A stretch of DNA of 64,000 nucleotides from Chrysomallon squamiferum (GCA_012295275.1 CM022670.1:13020001-13084000); one strand, 5' to 3'. Shown: positions 14,025 to 28,445, counted from the first letter of the stretch. Numbers and translations: made by a program. Notes: generated by a model from the sequence alone, not told the origin.

Positions 14025-15638
14025 GTAAAGCTTTGTTAAGAGTGTTTGGTCTGTGTTTTTATTGATGTTAAGTTATCTTGTTATTTTGATGTTTTATTTA
14101 GTTATTTGTTCATTCATTTATTTGTTTATTTGTTTGTTGTTGTTATTTTTATTATTATTTTTTGTTTGTTTGTTCGTTCGTTCGTTCAATTTTTGAAATT
14201 TGTTTTCTTCTTAGGTGTTTAATTGCTTGTTTGTTTGATTTTCTATTTATTTATTTATTTATTTGTTTTTTTTTTATTATTAATTAATTATTTTTCTGTC
14301 TATCTATATATCTATCTGTCTGCCTGTTTGTGCGTTGTGTGTCTATCTATTTATCTGTTTATTTATTTATTTACTAGATAATTCATGCTAACTACATAAA
14401 ATACATGTTTCCTGTTTTTTATTTTACATAAAGCAATAAAAATATATATACATATATATTATTTATTTTTATCTGTTAAGTACATGAATTATATATATTT
14501 TGCTTATATTTTGTTCATATTACATAAATCTACAAAAGTTCAGTTTCGGTTCAAGTTAGAATTTATAAATTTATATTAGATAAGTTTTATAAACCATTAA
14601 AAAGAGAAGAATTTTTATTTTAGATAATATTATCAATGATATAAATTACATGTATTTTTTACTGTTTATTTTATATTATTATTTAAGTAGGATAAACTTT
14701 ATAAATTATTTTTATTGAAAAAATCTTGTTAACTACATAAGATAAGTGAAACAGAAATTGTTCAATATATAAAATATACATTTGTAGTTCAGTTTTTATT
14801 AAACATATATAAAATATAATTTTTGTCTATATAAGATAATTGTTATTTATAATAAATTGTTAACTATACAAAATACTTTTATTTATCTGTATATATATTA
14901 TATATATATATATATGGGTAAATGTACACATACACACGAACACACATACATACATAATATATAAACCTGCATTTTATATAGTTAAAAAAAAAAAAATATA
15001 TATATATAGTAATCCGCACGTGTGTGTATTTGATTAAAGTTATATGTCAACATGCATTATTTTTAAAAATTTAAATGCACCAATAATTATTTTTATTTCC
15101 AAAGTTTAAAATTAAAAAAAAATCCTCTTCAAGTTGTTTCTATCTCTGGGCAATGACAACTGACTGCTTATGACGACGATCAAATTAATTTAATTGGCTT
15201 TGTTCAAACTGATACGGCAATCCAGCTGAAAAACAAACGTCTGTTCATATCGCAATCATCCATACAAACCACTCAGACGTTCCGTGTTTCAAGCCCAACC
15301 GTGGCAAATTCAAGTGCTCCGTCTTTCAGCCCCGACCATCTTCAGAAAGGTCTCTCTTCACTCTTCTTTTTTCTCAAAAAAAAAAAAAAAAAAATTCAAT
15401 TTTTTTTATATTCTCCAGTTTCCAAAGTCAGGCTCAGGGGCTTTTTTTTTTTTTTTTTTTTTTTTTTCTTAGTTTGCAAACCCCTTTGGAAAGCGAGACG
15501 TGTTGCTAGACCACGTTTCAGATCATGTAACATCAGACTATAGTTTCAACAAACAAACGTTAGCACATGCTTGGCCAACAATAAGTGTTTATTGCCCGGA
15601 GATGTAACAAATGTATCGGGGTTTAAATTCTGGGTGAG

Positions 15639-15884
<246 letters not shown>

Positions 15885-16534
15885 GTTTAGGAGATAACAA
15901 TAGAACAAACACGGAATACAAATGTTTTCTGTATTAAAACTCGCTCAGCTGCCTCTCGGTGGGTAGCTGATGCAGGGCGTCTCGCCTCTGATGTAAATGT
16001 GGCGTGGTTGTACGATTATCTCCGAAAAAAAAGCAGAACAAGGTTGTTAAACTGTTAGAGGTTTGATTTGTGTCTAGCAAAAAGAACAAAAAGAAATACG
16101 CTGGAGAAAACACGAGATGAAACATTTTCCTTTTGACAGGCGCCTCCTGTTTCATTTGAGATACACGCGTCCTTTTCATGCCTCATAAACTCCTCCATTA
16201 ATTTATAGTCGAACCTTTTCATCTTTATTTTTTTTTTGTTACTTTTTTTTCTTCTTCTTCTTCTTCTTCTTCTTCATCTATCTGCCTCGGTTTTTGAAAT
16301 CAGCAAATTTGGTGTTTATTGCAGTTTAAATTACATGAAAATTGTTTTAGAAGAATTGCTCTGAAATCTATGCTAATATAAATGCACTGAAACATATATG
16401 TGCATACTTATATGCACATACATTAATCATATATAAATATACATATACACACAGACACACAATACAAACTTACCTATCTAACTACCTCTATAAATACAAA
16501 CGTACGTACATACGGACTACATACGAAAAGTATT

Positions 16535-16925
16535 GTAGCCCAGAGATCTGTTCTAGGCCCGAAGATCTACGTCATGCATACCAAACCACTTGGCGACAGC
16601 ACCAGATACCTTCTATTACAAAACCATTTCTATGCTGACGTCACACAATTATACCTGACCAAGAGATGACGTCATTCAACACGAAGCATTGTCCTGTATC
16701 GAAGGCTGCCTCAAAGATATCGATACCTGGATGCATTGCAACACGCTGAAGAGACTATTTTTATTTCTAAACACATCTCAAATGACGCTGACACCACATC
16801 AGCTACTTTGGGTGATGTCTCTGTGACTTCAGTACCATGTTTGAGAATTCTTGGTGTTACGTTCGATTCCCCTATGACTATGGAGCATCAAGTGAACTCA
16901 ATATGTCGGTCAAGCTATGCTCGGA
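16535..16925 (+). mobile_element. Degenerate LINE (L2/CR1 group) reverse transcriptase fragment
   Basis: Translates as VAQRSVLGPKIYVMHTKPLGD...HFYADVTQLYLT (compare GVPQGSVLGP...HFYADDTQLY). After frameshifts it reads CIEGCLKDIDTWM and LRILGVTFDSPMTMEHQVNSICRSSY. Confidence 0.88.
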
Positions 16926-16939
16926 TGATTTTAACCACC

Positions 16940-17030
16940 ATTTTAACATGTTTACCATTATATTTACATTTGTTTTTAACATGTTTACATTTATTTTAAT
17001 GTGTTTACGTTTATTTTAAGATGTTTTATG
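16940..17030. repeat. Short degenerate minisatellite, unit about 20 bp
   Basis: About four TTTATTTTAACATGTTTACA-like units abutting the LINE fragment. Confidence 0.65.
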
Positions 17031-17399
17031 TCCACGTCTTTTTATAACTCTAATAGAAAAGTGTGGAGAATATAACTAGTTCTTTGTTAGGACCACAAAA
17101 CTCAAAGAAAAAACCTTCAAAATATACAGAACAGAAAGAAAGAAAAAAAAAAAAAAAAAAAATAACATGGAAATGTCAATCATTTTCACGCCATATTAAG
17201 TCATAATGCATTTTCTGGAAGAATGAGAAAAACGTCACGGGTCGTTAGAAGCTGAGACGATTGCCTAAGTCGAAAAACACTTCAGCTTCTTAATAAAAAC
17301 ATTTTACTTTGTGAAATAATATTTTAACTAGCAGTTAGATAATAGACTCGAAACATTTTGTGTGCAGTCTGTTAGATTTCACTTCTTTGGATGTCGAAA

Positions 17400-18395
17400 A
17401 TTATTATAATGATGATGATGATGATGATGACGACGTCAATAATAATGGCAACAGTTGTGAAAGGAATAAAAGTTGTATTGAAGTGGTGATTGTTGTCGTT
17501 GTAGCTGAAGTAAGTAATGATAAAAATGTGTGGTAGGTTTTGCAGCAGTAGCAGTCGTAGTAGTTGTAGGAGTATTAATAACGTTGTTGTAGGAGTTGTA
17601 ATAGTGGCACTAACTGTAGCATTTCTGATAATTGTAGTAGATAGTATATTAACGGTAGTAGATGTCGTAGCAGTAACTATGGTTGTTGTAGCAATAGCTG
17701 CATTTAATAATAGTCGTTTTATTAAAATAATAATAATGTAGCAGAACTGTAGTAGTAGCAGTTATAGAGTTAGTAGCAGTAATAGTAGTAGTAACAGTAG
17801 TAATAGTAGTGGTAGAAGATGGACTAGTAATAGTATTAATGATTATAGTAGAAACAATAATAGTTACTGTAATAGTATTAGTAGTGATGACAGTAATAGT
17901 AATAACAGTTGTAGTAGTAGTAGTGATAGTAGTAGAAATAGCAATAGTGTTAGTAGTATTAGTAGCAGTAGTAGTAGTAGTAGTAGTAGTAGTAGTCGGA
18001 GTATTGCGTTTGCAGTAGTAGAATTAGAAATAACTGCTGTCCCTTTTGCTGTTTTAAAATAAAGAAACGAAATTTTAAAGAAATCCCATAAAAATTCAAG
18101 TAACAAAGAAAACGTTGTAGTAATAATAATGATAATGCTGATGATGATGGTGATGGTGCCGGTGATGGTGGTGGTGGTGGTGGTGGTGGTAATGATGATG
18201 ATAATGTAATAATGATGATAATAATTATTATTATAATAATTATGAAAATTAAGGTGGTGCTGATGATAGTGATAATAATAATAATTATCAATAGCGCCAA
18301 TGGCAACAACAACATCATCATCAAAAAGAAGAAGAAGAGCAGTAATAGTAGTAGTAATAATAATAATAATAATAATAGCAACAACAACAACAACA
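17400..18395. repeat. Degenerate trinucleotide low-complexity tract ((GTA)n, (AAT)n, (GGT)n)
   Basis: Read directly; source of several spurious ORFs. Confidence 0.85.
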
Positions 18396-20467
18396 GAGAT
18401 ATTGTATTGCAACACGTTACTCTGTTTAAACTTGTAAAGTATTATTTTCTCTGTCTCTCTCTCTCTAAGACGTTGTAAAATTCTTTCCTATATCACGAAC
18501 CATTGAGTCTTACCGACGCGTGCTGCTTTTCCGTTGTAAAATAGACAAAAAAACATTCTTTTCTTAACTGTACAAATCAGTTTTTACTTGGGCTTTAAAA
18601 CGACGCCACAATTAAAAAGGCAAAAAACGGGCCATTTACATTCTGCGAAGTGTATCAATATGACGGGCCCCGGGCGCAGTTTAACGCGCGTCCCACGGGG
18701 ACAGTAAAAACTGGCGGGAAACGGTAGCATCCGTTGCACGTTTTTGTCGCGAGATTTAATGGCGGGTTTTCGTACGCTCGCTTCAGTCAATCAGCATTTC
18801 AGCCGGCTTCCGAGAGAAAAATGACCAAAATAAACATCACTCTTGGCGACTGCAAACTGCCCTTTTGCGAATTTTCGGCGGCGCTTTTATGCTGATTATG
18901 TGTTGTCTAATAAAACTTCTGCGCCGTGGAAAATAAAGTTACGATCAGCTGATTGAATCATTAACAGTTGATTTTGGGCCAAGATGAATTTTTTTCAATC
19001 AAACTAAATGATTCATTAGATCTTATGCATTCCGATAGGGACTTGGTTTGGTTGTAAATGATGGTTTCCTTTTTTTTTTTTCTTCTTCATCTTCTTTATT
19101 TTTTTTTTTTTTTTTTTTTTTTGCATCAACAATTATAACGGTATTTTTGTGGGGTAGGTGGGTCGGGGTTTGTTCAAATAATATTTTTAAATAAAATGTA
19201 AATTATTGTATTATTGTTTATGTACTGCGGTATATAAATTTAAAAGAAGTGTATGAGATAACATTTGAACAACAATTAAAATCAGTCATTTATTTTCTGC
19301 TAATTTTGTAACGTTTTTGTTATCTATCTCTCTGTCTCTGTCTGTCTGTCTGTCTATTTATCTATCTATTTATTTATTTATTTATTTAGGCTTAGATTTT
19401 TCTTGCTTTTATTTTTGTTTTTCATTTTTGAGTATTTCTGTTTATATGCGTTTATGTCTTAATAAATGAACATATATAGTTAATTATATTTGAAACAGAA
19501 TAAGATGAAGGTAGATGAAAAAAAAGAACAAATTTATATCCATCTGTTAATTACAAACTATTTATTAAAATGAAATACGAAAATAAAAGTATGAAAGATA
19601 ATTACGTTCATGTAGAAATGCGTAATAAATTTAATGAACTTTTTATTATGAAACTGAATGTCATGGAAGGATAGTCATTTTGACGAACTGTTTCTTTATT
19701 TATTGTTGTTTTATTTTATTTATGGTTTTTATTATTATTATTATTGTTGTTGTTGTTGTTGTTGTTGTTATTGTAGGTGTGGTTCTTGTTGTTGTTGTTT
19801 CTATCTATTTTTATTTATAAAAATATCCATACCTTGTTGTTATTTTTGTTTGGGTATTTGCTGTGTTTTTCTATTTTTTTTATATGTTATTATTTTTTAG
19901 TTTTATTATTTTTCTTTATTATTATTTTTTTTTATTTAGTTAGTTTTCATTATTAGTTGTTGTTTTTTTTGTTGTTGTTGTTGTTGTTGTATACTGTTGT
20001 TGTTTTAGAAATGGTGGTAGTAATAGTAATAGCAGCAGCAGCAGCAGTAGTGAAGAAAAACGTCCTGGCTAAAGCAGTAAATGCGTCTAACAGACCCGTT
20101 TTGAAAACAAACAACAGACGCAGAATAACTGAAAGAGGGTTCAGAAATACAAAACTAATTGTATAAATTAAATTAATCCTTAATATAAATATTTCCTACA
20201 AAAGAAAATAACTTTAGTCCATAAAAAAAAGGTCGTAAATATATTATTTAAAAAAAAAAATAATGTATTTATATGTACATAAATATATCTGTTCTTTTCT
20301 AAATCATTTGTATAAATAAACATGAAAAGGAAATATGTGTGATTTTATTTTTCCCAAAATACAATGGAGAAAAGAAAAAAAAAAAAATAAAATAAAATAA
20401 AGCCATGGGTTTGTATCAGAGTTTTGTTTGTTAACCTGGCGAAGAAAGTAGAAGAGAAGAAAATAAA

Positions 20468-20504
<37 letters not shown>

Positions 20505-20789
20505 AAAAAAATTAACAAAAGAACTAAAGGTAACGTAAGGACAAGAGAGGCAAATTCCATGGCAACGAGGCGAAGTACCCGGATGAAGTGGCTGCACCTG
20601 GTCGGGTAGACTGGTCTGTGGTGGCTACTTTAGGTATGTTCAAGAGGAACACACGCAGCGTAGCAATGAAAAGTAAACAAACGCATCACAAAACATTATA
20701 ATGAAGCGGTTAAGAACAGAACTGGGAAAATGCGTGGTACCATGGATGTGCGTGCAGTATTTAACGCATTCTTTTATACGATTAAAAAA

Positions 20790-20821
<32 letters not shown>

Positions 20822-22080
20822 TTTATATATATTTTATCAATACATAATAATATATTGTTGTCGCCTTAAGATTCACTCACTTGTTTGTTTTGTGTACATA
20901 TATATATATATATATAGATAGATAGATAGATCACTTCAGTTTATTTCTTGTTACATCACTATAATTATATAATTATAAAGTTATTAAGATTTAGAAAAAT
21001 TAGAAAACCAGATTATTAACCAAATAAAGCTTAATTTTAGCTCTGCAAACTCGCGATACGTCGACAAAATCGAAAGAAGAACAAAAACGACGCACAGACT
21101 GAACCCGAACTGTCTTGTTTACAGAGACGACGATACGTCATTTGAAATAATATAACTGTATCATTGTGTAACAAAGACGAATCGAAATCACAAAGAATCG
21201 GGTTACTTTGTTTTTCTTGTCCTTCGATTATCGATACGAATCGATCGGCGCGAATAAAAGTGTCGAGACGGGAATATTCGTAGACGATCCATAATGGTTA
21301 CTAAGTGCATTGGAGAAAATATTTGAGGAAAAAAAAAAATATATAAATTGTTTCAGATATGTTAATATTTACCTAAGAAATGGACACGTTTATTCTTTGA
21401 AATGTGTCTAATCGGCTTTACTTGTACAAAGAAATAAAGAACATCAGAAAGAGAGAAGAGAAAAGAAAAAAAAATATTTTTGAAATGGAAATTATAGAAA
21501 GGAATAGAAAAGATATTTAAAAAAAAAAAAAAAGGAAAATAAAATTCAGAAGAAAGAGCTAATGAAAGAATGAGCGAAAAGAGAATAAAAATAAATAAAT
21601 AAATAAATAAATATATATATATACATAAAATAAATAAATAAATAAATAAATAGATTAATTAATTAATAAATAAATAAATGAAAATGATGATGATGAAGAT
21701 GATGATACAAAAAAAAATGAAACAAAAATTCACACACTGAAAGAATCGACATTTTCTAAACCCGGTATCTTTAAACAAAATTCGTCTTGCATCGATTTAA
21801 AAAAGAAAAGAAAAAGTCGATAGTCGGAGAAATTGACAATAAGATCAAAGGACTCGCCGACCATGAAACAGACACATATGTTTGTTATACTCTGTTAGTC
21901 TCCGCCCACCAAATAAAGTAAATAGATTAGAAAGACAAACAGAGACAGAATGATAACGAGAGTATTGATTTCAAATGAGGAAAAGACATAAAGTTTATTT
22001 ATTTTTGTTATTCTACGTCAAATATAAATATTTTTGGAGCGTGTACTGTTTTCTGCTATTTTATTTGTTTGCTTTTATTT

Positions 22081-22265
22081 ATTTATTTATTTATTTATAA
22101 GGCTCTTTTTCTCTTTGCTTATTATTTATATATTTTTACTTGTTTATATATATATATATATGTGTGTGTGTGTATATATATATATATTTAAATAAATATT
22201 TATTTATTTATTTATTTATAAGGCTCTTTTTCTCTTTGCTTATTATTTATATATTTTTACTTGTT

Positions 22266-22296
<31 letters not shown>

Positions 22297-22321
22297 ATAT
22301 ATATATATATTTAAATAAATA
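22081..22321. repeat. Tandem duplication, 2 x about 121 bp
   Basis: TTTATAAGGCTCTTTTTCTCTTTGCTTATTATTTATATATTTTTACTTGTTT...TTTAAATAAATAT occurs twice, differing only in microsatellite length. Confidence 0.9.
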
Positions 22322-22392
22322 TATTAATCCATATATATATATATATATTTAATGTGTGTGTGTATTTTTATGTGTTGTTGTTGTTGTTATTA

Positions 22393-22448
<56 letters not shown>

Positions 22449-22671
22449 TCTTGTTTTACAGAGCACTTTATATACTCCTTTGTTTTATTTAATTTTGGTT
22501 TGATTTTTAACAAATAGTCTTGTTCATCAACTATAAATAAATAATAATGCCTAGTAATGATAACAACATCAAAATAATAATAAAACAATAATTATAAATA
22601 TCCATTGTAATTTCTTAAATGTAAAACTGTCAAACCTTTTTTCTTTTTTAAATTATTATTATTATTTTTTA

Positions 22672-22711
<40 letters not shown>

Positions 22712-22924
22712 TCTTGTTTTACAGAGCACTTTATATACTCCTTTGTTTTATTTAATTTTGGTTTGATTTTTAACAAATAATCTTCTTCATCAACTATAAA
22801 TAAATAATAATGCCTAGTTATGATAACAACATCAAAATAATAATAAAACAATAATTATAAATATCCACTGTATTTTCTTAAATGTAAAACTGTCAAATGA
22901 AAACCTTTTTTATTTTTTAAATTA

Positions 22925-22925
<1 letters not shown>
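22393..22925. repeat. Tandem duplication, 2 x about 263 bp
   Basis: TTCTTGTTTTACAGAGCACTTT at 22448 and 22711. The copies match through GTAAAACTGTCAAA with a few substitutions. Confidence 0.92.
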
Positions 22926-22987
<62 letters not shown>

Positions 22988-23026
22988 TTTGAGGGCCGGG
23001 TATAACTTTTGTTATATATATATAGA

Positions 23027-23082
<56 letters not shown>

Positions 23083-24639
23083 TAGATATATAGATTAAAG
23101 GCAAAGGAAAACGAAATAAAACAACAAAGAAACTAAGTAACATATTTAAATGAACACCGACTCTCAGAAACAAAAAAACACATTAATTTAAAAAAAAAAA
23201 AAAAATTAAATAAATAAAAAAACAAAAGAAATAAAAAAAAAGAAATAAAGAAAAGAAAAAATAACGCGGCCCCTTACATTCCACTAAGTTCTAATTAAAC
23301 AGCATTTACGCATGCTCACAGCCATCAACTTTGAAACAAATCCCTTGCTGGTTGTTTCAAAATTTCAACACCGGTGTCAATTGCAGAGCCTTTTTTTTTT
23401 TTCTTTTTTTTTCTCTGTTAAAATTAATTTGAAGAAGAAGAAGAAGAAGAAAAAAAAATGTATGACACTAAGCAAAATAACCGACAATTGTATGGTGCTT
23501 GAGTTAAAACGATTACGCCCTCCCACATTTGCCACGTTCAACATCCTCGCTTAACTTAATCTGCACGGGTCATTTTCTAATCAGTCCAAGTTGATGGGCT
23601 TCTGCCACGAAATAGACAAGTGTTGTCACGGGCAACAAATTGATTGACAGGCATTGTGCAGTTGTTGCTGTCTATTTCATAGATAGCAGGAGTTTTTAAA
23701 GCGAGGAAATCGGACGTGCAAATGTGAGGGGAGGGGGTGTGAAATATGTCTTAGCTAAATTGAAAATGTGTTAAATCCATTGTCAGATAGGCTCTTTTTT
23801 TTTTTTTAATGTCTTAAAACTGGGCAAGTGATTAAAGAAAAAAAGGGTTTTAAAACAAAGAATTAGGGGATTATATATGTAAAATAAATAAATAAATAAA
23901 TAAATAAAAAAGTTTCTTTGTTAAAAGAGTATTAAATAGTAATATAACGAAAAGTGGATTTTTAATCAAATGTATTATTGGTTTTTGTTGAATTCTTTTC
24001 TTTCTTTAATTTGAATAATAAGAAAAATTAAGTGTTAAATAACAAATTAAATTATGCTTTCTTTATTTCCTTTTCTTTCTTTCTTTTTAAAATATATTTA
24101 CTTATTTATTAAGTTCCATTTGTAACGTTAATTAATGATATTTAAAAAAAATATTTAGAAACGATTAGTTTAAATAATCAAATCATTTTATTTATCATCC
24201 TATCATTTTATTTTTAAGTAAATTTATTTTCATTTATTAATTATTTGTTTATTTAATTATGTTTTTTATTAAGAAGTTAGATTTTAAAAATAACAATACC
24301 ATTATCAACGATTAACTGCTTAATTAACACAATCCAGCAATTATTGTAATCTTCACGGTGTATTTTGCGAGTAATATGTGTTAATGGATTGGTAAAGTTA
24401 ATTATCAGTTTATTTACCATATCTGCTGAAGTTGCTGAAGAAAACAAATATCAAGTGATTAAACATTAGTTTTCATTAATGATTTATTTATTAACAAATC
24501 ATGAATAATAAAAATTATTAAAATTAAATATCCTTGTTGTTGTTGTTGTTGCTGCTGCTGATTACGTTATTGTTATTACTTTCGTTGTTTATTATTATTG
24601 TTGTTATTATTATTACTATTATATAAATATAATAATAAT

Positions 24640-24916
24640 AATAACAAAGACGTATTCAAACACAGAAATAGGAATACATAAAGAAGTATGAGAGAGAGAA
24701 AGAACGATTCTAAACGTATGTTTATTATAATTACAACATTTAAAAACTACATAATGATCTTTTTAATTGGATTTTTATTAATAATAAAGACGTATACAAA
24801 CACAGAAATAGGAATAAATAAAGAAGTATGAAAGAGAGAAATAACGATTCTAAACGTATGTTTATTACAATTACAACATTTCAAAACTACATAATGATCT
24901 TTTTAATTGGATTTTT
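24640..24916. repeat. Tandem duplication, 2 x 140 bp
   Basis: AAAGACGTAT[T/A]CAAACACAGAAATAGGAAT at 24646 and 24786, both ending TTTTAATTGGATTTTT. Confidence 0.92.
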
Positions 24917-27900
24917 CTCAGGCACTATCATTGATGCTAAGTGTTATCAATAGGCCAAATAAAAATGTAATTTGTTACCAGTAATGAAAATAAAACAAAA
25001 AGCGTTAACCCCGAACAAAAGCTTCTTTCTCTTCAGGAGTGCAAAAATTAACCCCTTCGCTGCTAACACTACAACATTGTTTTCCCTTTAGGCAACGTAT
25101 TTAACTATATACAAGTCTTTGCCCTTCAGCGCGTCAACAAGTTTGAAAACAACGGCCAAGAAAACTTAAAGAAAAGAAAAAAAACCCTCGATGATAACAT
25201 TTACTACAGCTTTGTCACTTTCCGTGTTAATGCAATAACAGATAAGACAAAAAAAAAAATGATACTAATTCGTAGAAGACGATTCGAATTTCGCCAACAA
25301 TGAAAGCTGATAATTCTTTTCGTTTGATGACCACTGCCCCCATTGAGAGGATACTAGTATCATCAGTTTCTTATCACGGTGGGTGTGAAACTAACATAGA
25401 TTAAAGGCAGATCGCGAGACTGCGTCAATCTTAAAGTCAAACAAACAACGAAGTGTACACACTAGTCGTGAATGAGGCGAAACAAAACAACAATAGGCAC
25501 GATTCTTTTAACTCGTGTTATTTGCATCCATGCAAACTCGGACTGCTGTTGTTCTTGGCTAAAATAAAACAACCCCCGTAGATAAGTAGCGGGGCAGATT
25601 AAAGGCTAGTGGGTTTTTTTGTTTTGTTTTAACAAACGACCGTGTTCCAGCCATACTGAGTTACGCAACGGCGAATAAACTATGCGCAGCAAGCAGCCGG
25701 TTACCGGGCCGTGGAATTAATCCCGATTTAGCGCGTTAATTTCGTTGCGCGTTAATCCGTTCCCATGAGTACTTGTTTACGAAAAATATCTCCTGCACGG
25801 CTAATAACGCAATTAACTGGTGTCTGTTTCATCAAACAGGAGATGGGACCCTGTCAATAATTAAACGTTTCCATAGAAACGTGGATCAAGTACAGCCAGC
25901 CTACTGGTGTCTGCTACATTGCGGGTAGAACGACGAGAGGGAAACGATAACAAAAATAATAGAATGTTTTAACTTAATGCAGATGAATAACAACAAGCAT
26001 GTTAAAGAAATTAAATCGAGTTATATAACGAATATTAAGAGGGGAGACAGGGAGAGAGAGAGAGAAAGGGAGGACGTATACAAGCTCTGAGTAGATAAAT
26101 AACAAACGCTTGTTATATAAATTGAACTCACGTTATGTAAAGATGACAATTTCAGATAAGATAAACCGCTCTTATTATGACTTATTTATTACCTATTTTT
26201 CCCCCCGGACAACGGTCAGATACATTTATGGTCAGCTGGTTACAACACTGACCAAACACAATGATAGCCACGCGATTTGATAAAAAGCTAATAAATGTAC
26301 TCAGTATTACTGTGAATGCCTCGCACATTAAATATTTTACAATGCTTTGTTTGTCAGCCTAAGTATTTATTGGTGTTCATATCATGACCAACAATTGTTG
26401 TAAAAAGATTAGGTTTGTCGATCTCGTAAACTGGTCAAACAGACAGGGAAAATGAAATAAGCAGAAATAATCGTTATAGATATTGGTAACACTTCGGCAT
26501 GCTTTTCCATCAGTGGAGTATTCGAGGTCGTTTGTTTTTAGGGGGCTACGTCCGTGAACACTTTGCCAAATCGTTGACTGAATGTTGTTGTTCTTACATT
26601 TACGTTAGGTTGTACCGGCCAATGATATGAAGAGTTACAAACTCGGTACGAATAACCTGAATGAAAAACTGAAACGAGTTCTTGTTAATAAATTAAATGT
26701 TGTTGATTTTTTTTCCTGATTTTTTACACTATATTTTTATTTTATATTATTATTAGTATTAATATTATTATTATTATTATTATCATCATCATCATCATTG
26801 TTGTTGTTGTTGTTGTTGTTGTTGTCTTTATTTTCTTCGTTGTTCATGTAATATTTAATAATTATCTTTGTTATTATTTATTTTACTTAGAAATTGTCTC
26901 CTTATAATTTCTTCTAAATTTTTCAGTTTTTAAAAATAAATTTGATAGAGATGAAATTAACTGAAATAATATAACACCTGAAAGAAAATTTCTTAAACAT
27001 GAAGGCGTCTAAAATTCAATTATTATATTATTTTATCGGACATTATATTATTTTTTTATTTCATAAAACAATCATAATTTCACAAATAAATAAATTATTA
27101 ACTAAATAACTATATAAATAAAGTATATAATTTTATAAAAAAAACAACAACACAGTTTCATATAAATACTATCTGCAATAGAGGAAAAAATAAAATAAAA
27201 TAAATAATATAATATACATATTGAATATAATAAAATGTAATATCAATTAATATAATTTATGTTGATATGAATATTTTAATACTCTCAAAAAAAACAATTT
27301 AAAATTTGTCAAATGTTTTTATATTAAAAATAGATAATATTTTAAATATAATGGAGTAAATTCATGATGTAGTAATTGTCAAAAAAAACAACAACAGAAA
27401 ACAACAACAACAAACAAACGCGTAAAGATATTCTGTATCATCGGATATGACAGGATTAGTTCTGTGTTGATGTACCTTGTTTTAAAATTCGTTTTATAAT
27501 TGTCCCAGATGTCTGAAGAAGACAAATGTTATTTATTTGTCTTTGTGTGTTTATTTTTTCTTGCGAGAAGGATTTTCATTTATTTGTTTTATGGCTAAAA
27601 CAAGTCTCTTTATATTTTATATATTTTAATTATTTTAAGCTTTTTTAATTGTATATATCATATATTTCTATCGAAATAGATATTTTTCTTTTTATATCTT
27701 TATTTTTAAAAAAAATGATCTCTATCTATATGCATCTATTTAACAATCTATTGATCTGTCTAACCATCTATCTGTCTATCTGTCTATCTACTTGCGTATC
27801 TATCTATCTATACGTCTATCTATTTAATGAGCGAGACTCTAAACAAAACATTTTGTCATGTTATTATATTTTGTTTGCAAAAATCAAAACTTTCAATTAT

Positions 27901-28249
27901 TTTCCTTTTCAAAATTTATTCATTTTTTTAATTTTTTTTTTGAACAAAATTTCGATCATATCATAACTGAATAAACGAAGGGTGAAAAATCTGGAAACGA
28001 GAATAACCAATTTAACACAAGTGGGCATGAACAAAATTTTTTTTTTTTAAAGAATCACCTTTCAAAAATTCGAAAGCTTTCAGCAATAATTTCATATCAT
28101 TTGGCATATTAAGAACAGAAAAAGAAGGGTAGAAAGATTTTTACAAAAAAAAAAAAAAAATCCATATTAATTCGTTTGATTGGAAACAAATGTTTTGTTC
28201 GCGAGCGACTACTTAACGAAAATTTCAACGTTTTCCTATTTGAGTTTTC

Positions 28250-28445
28250 CAATAGTCTCGCTAATTATCGCGAAAGGCGTCGGCAGTCGCCATTTGACAA
28301 GCTCGCGTGTTAATAGGCTGTCAATCAAACGCGGCGGAGCCGTCACGTGATCGCATTGGTCTATTATTGATAGTGGGCGTGGCGAGCTCAGAACTTGGTA
28401 CAAGTGTTGTAGGGGAATAGAAGAAGGCGTATTCGACGCGCCATG
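28250..28445 (+). promoter_or_regulatory. Probable FoxD proximal promoter
   Basis: CpG-rich island 320-510 bp upstream of the ATG. Contains CTGTCAATCA (Pbx/Meis decamer, reverse, 28318-28327), GTCACGTGA E-box (28342-28350), ATTGG CCAAT box (28355) and GGGCGTGGC Sp/KLF box (28375-28383). TSS cannot be determined. Confidence 0.6.
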
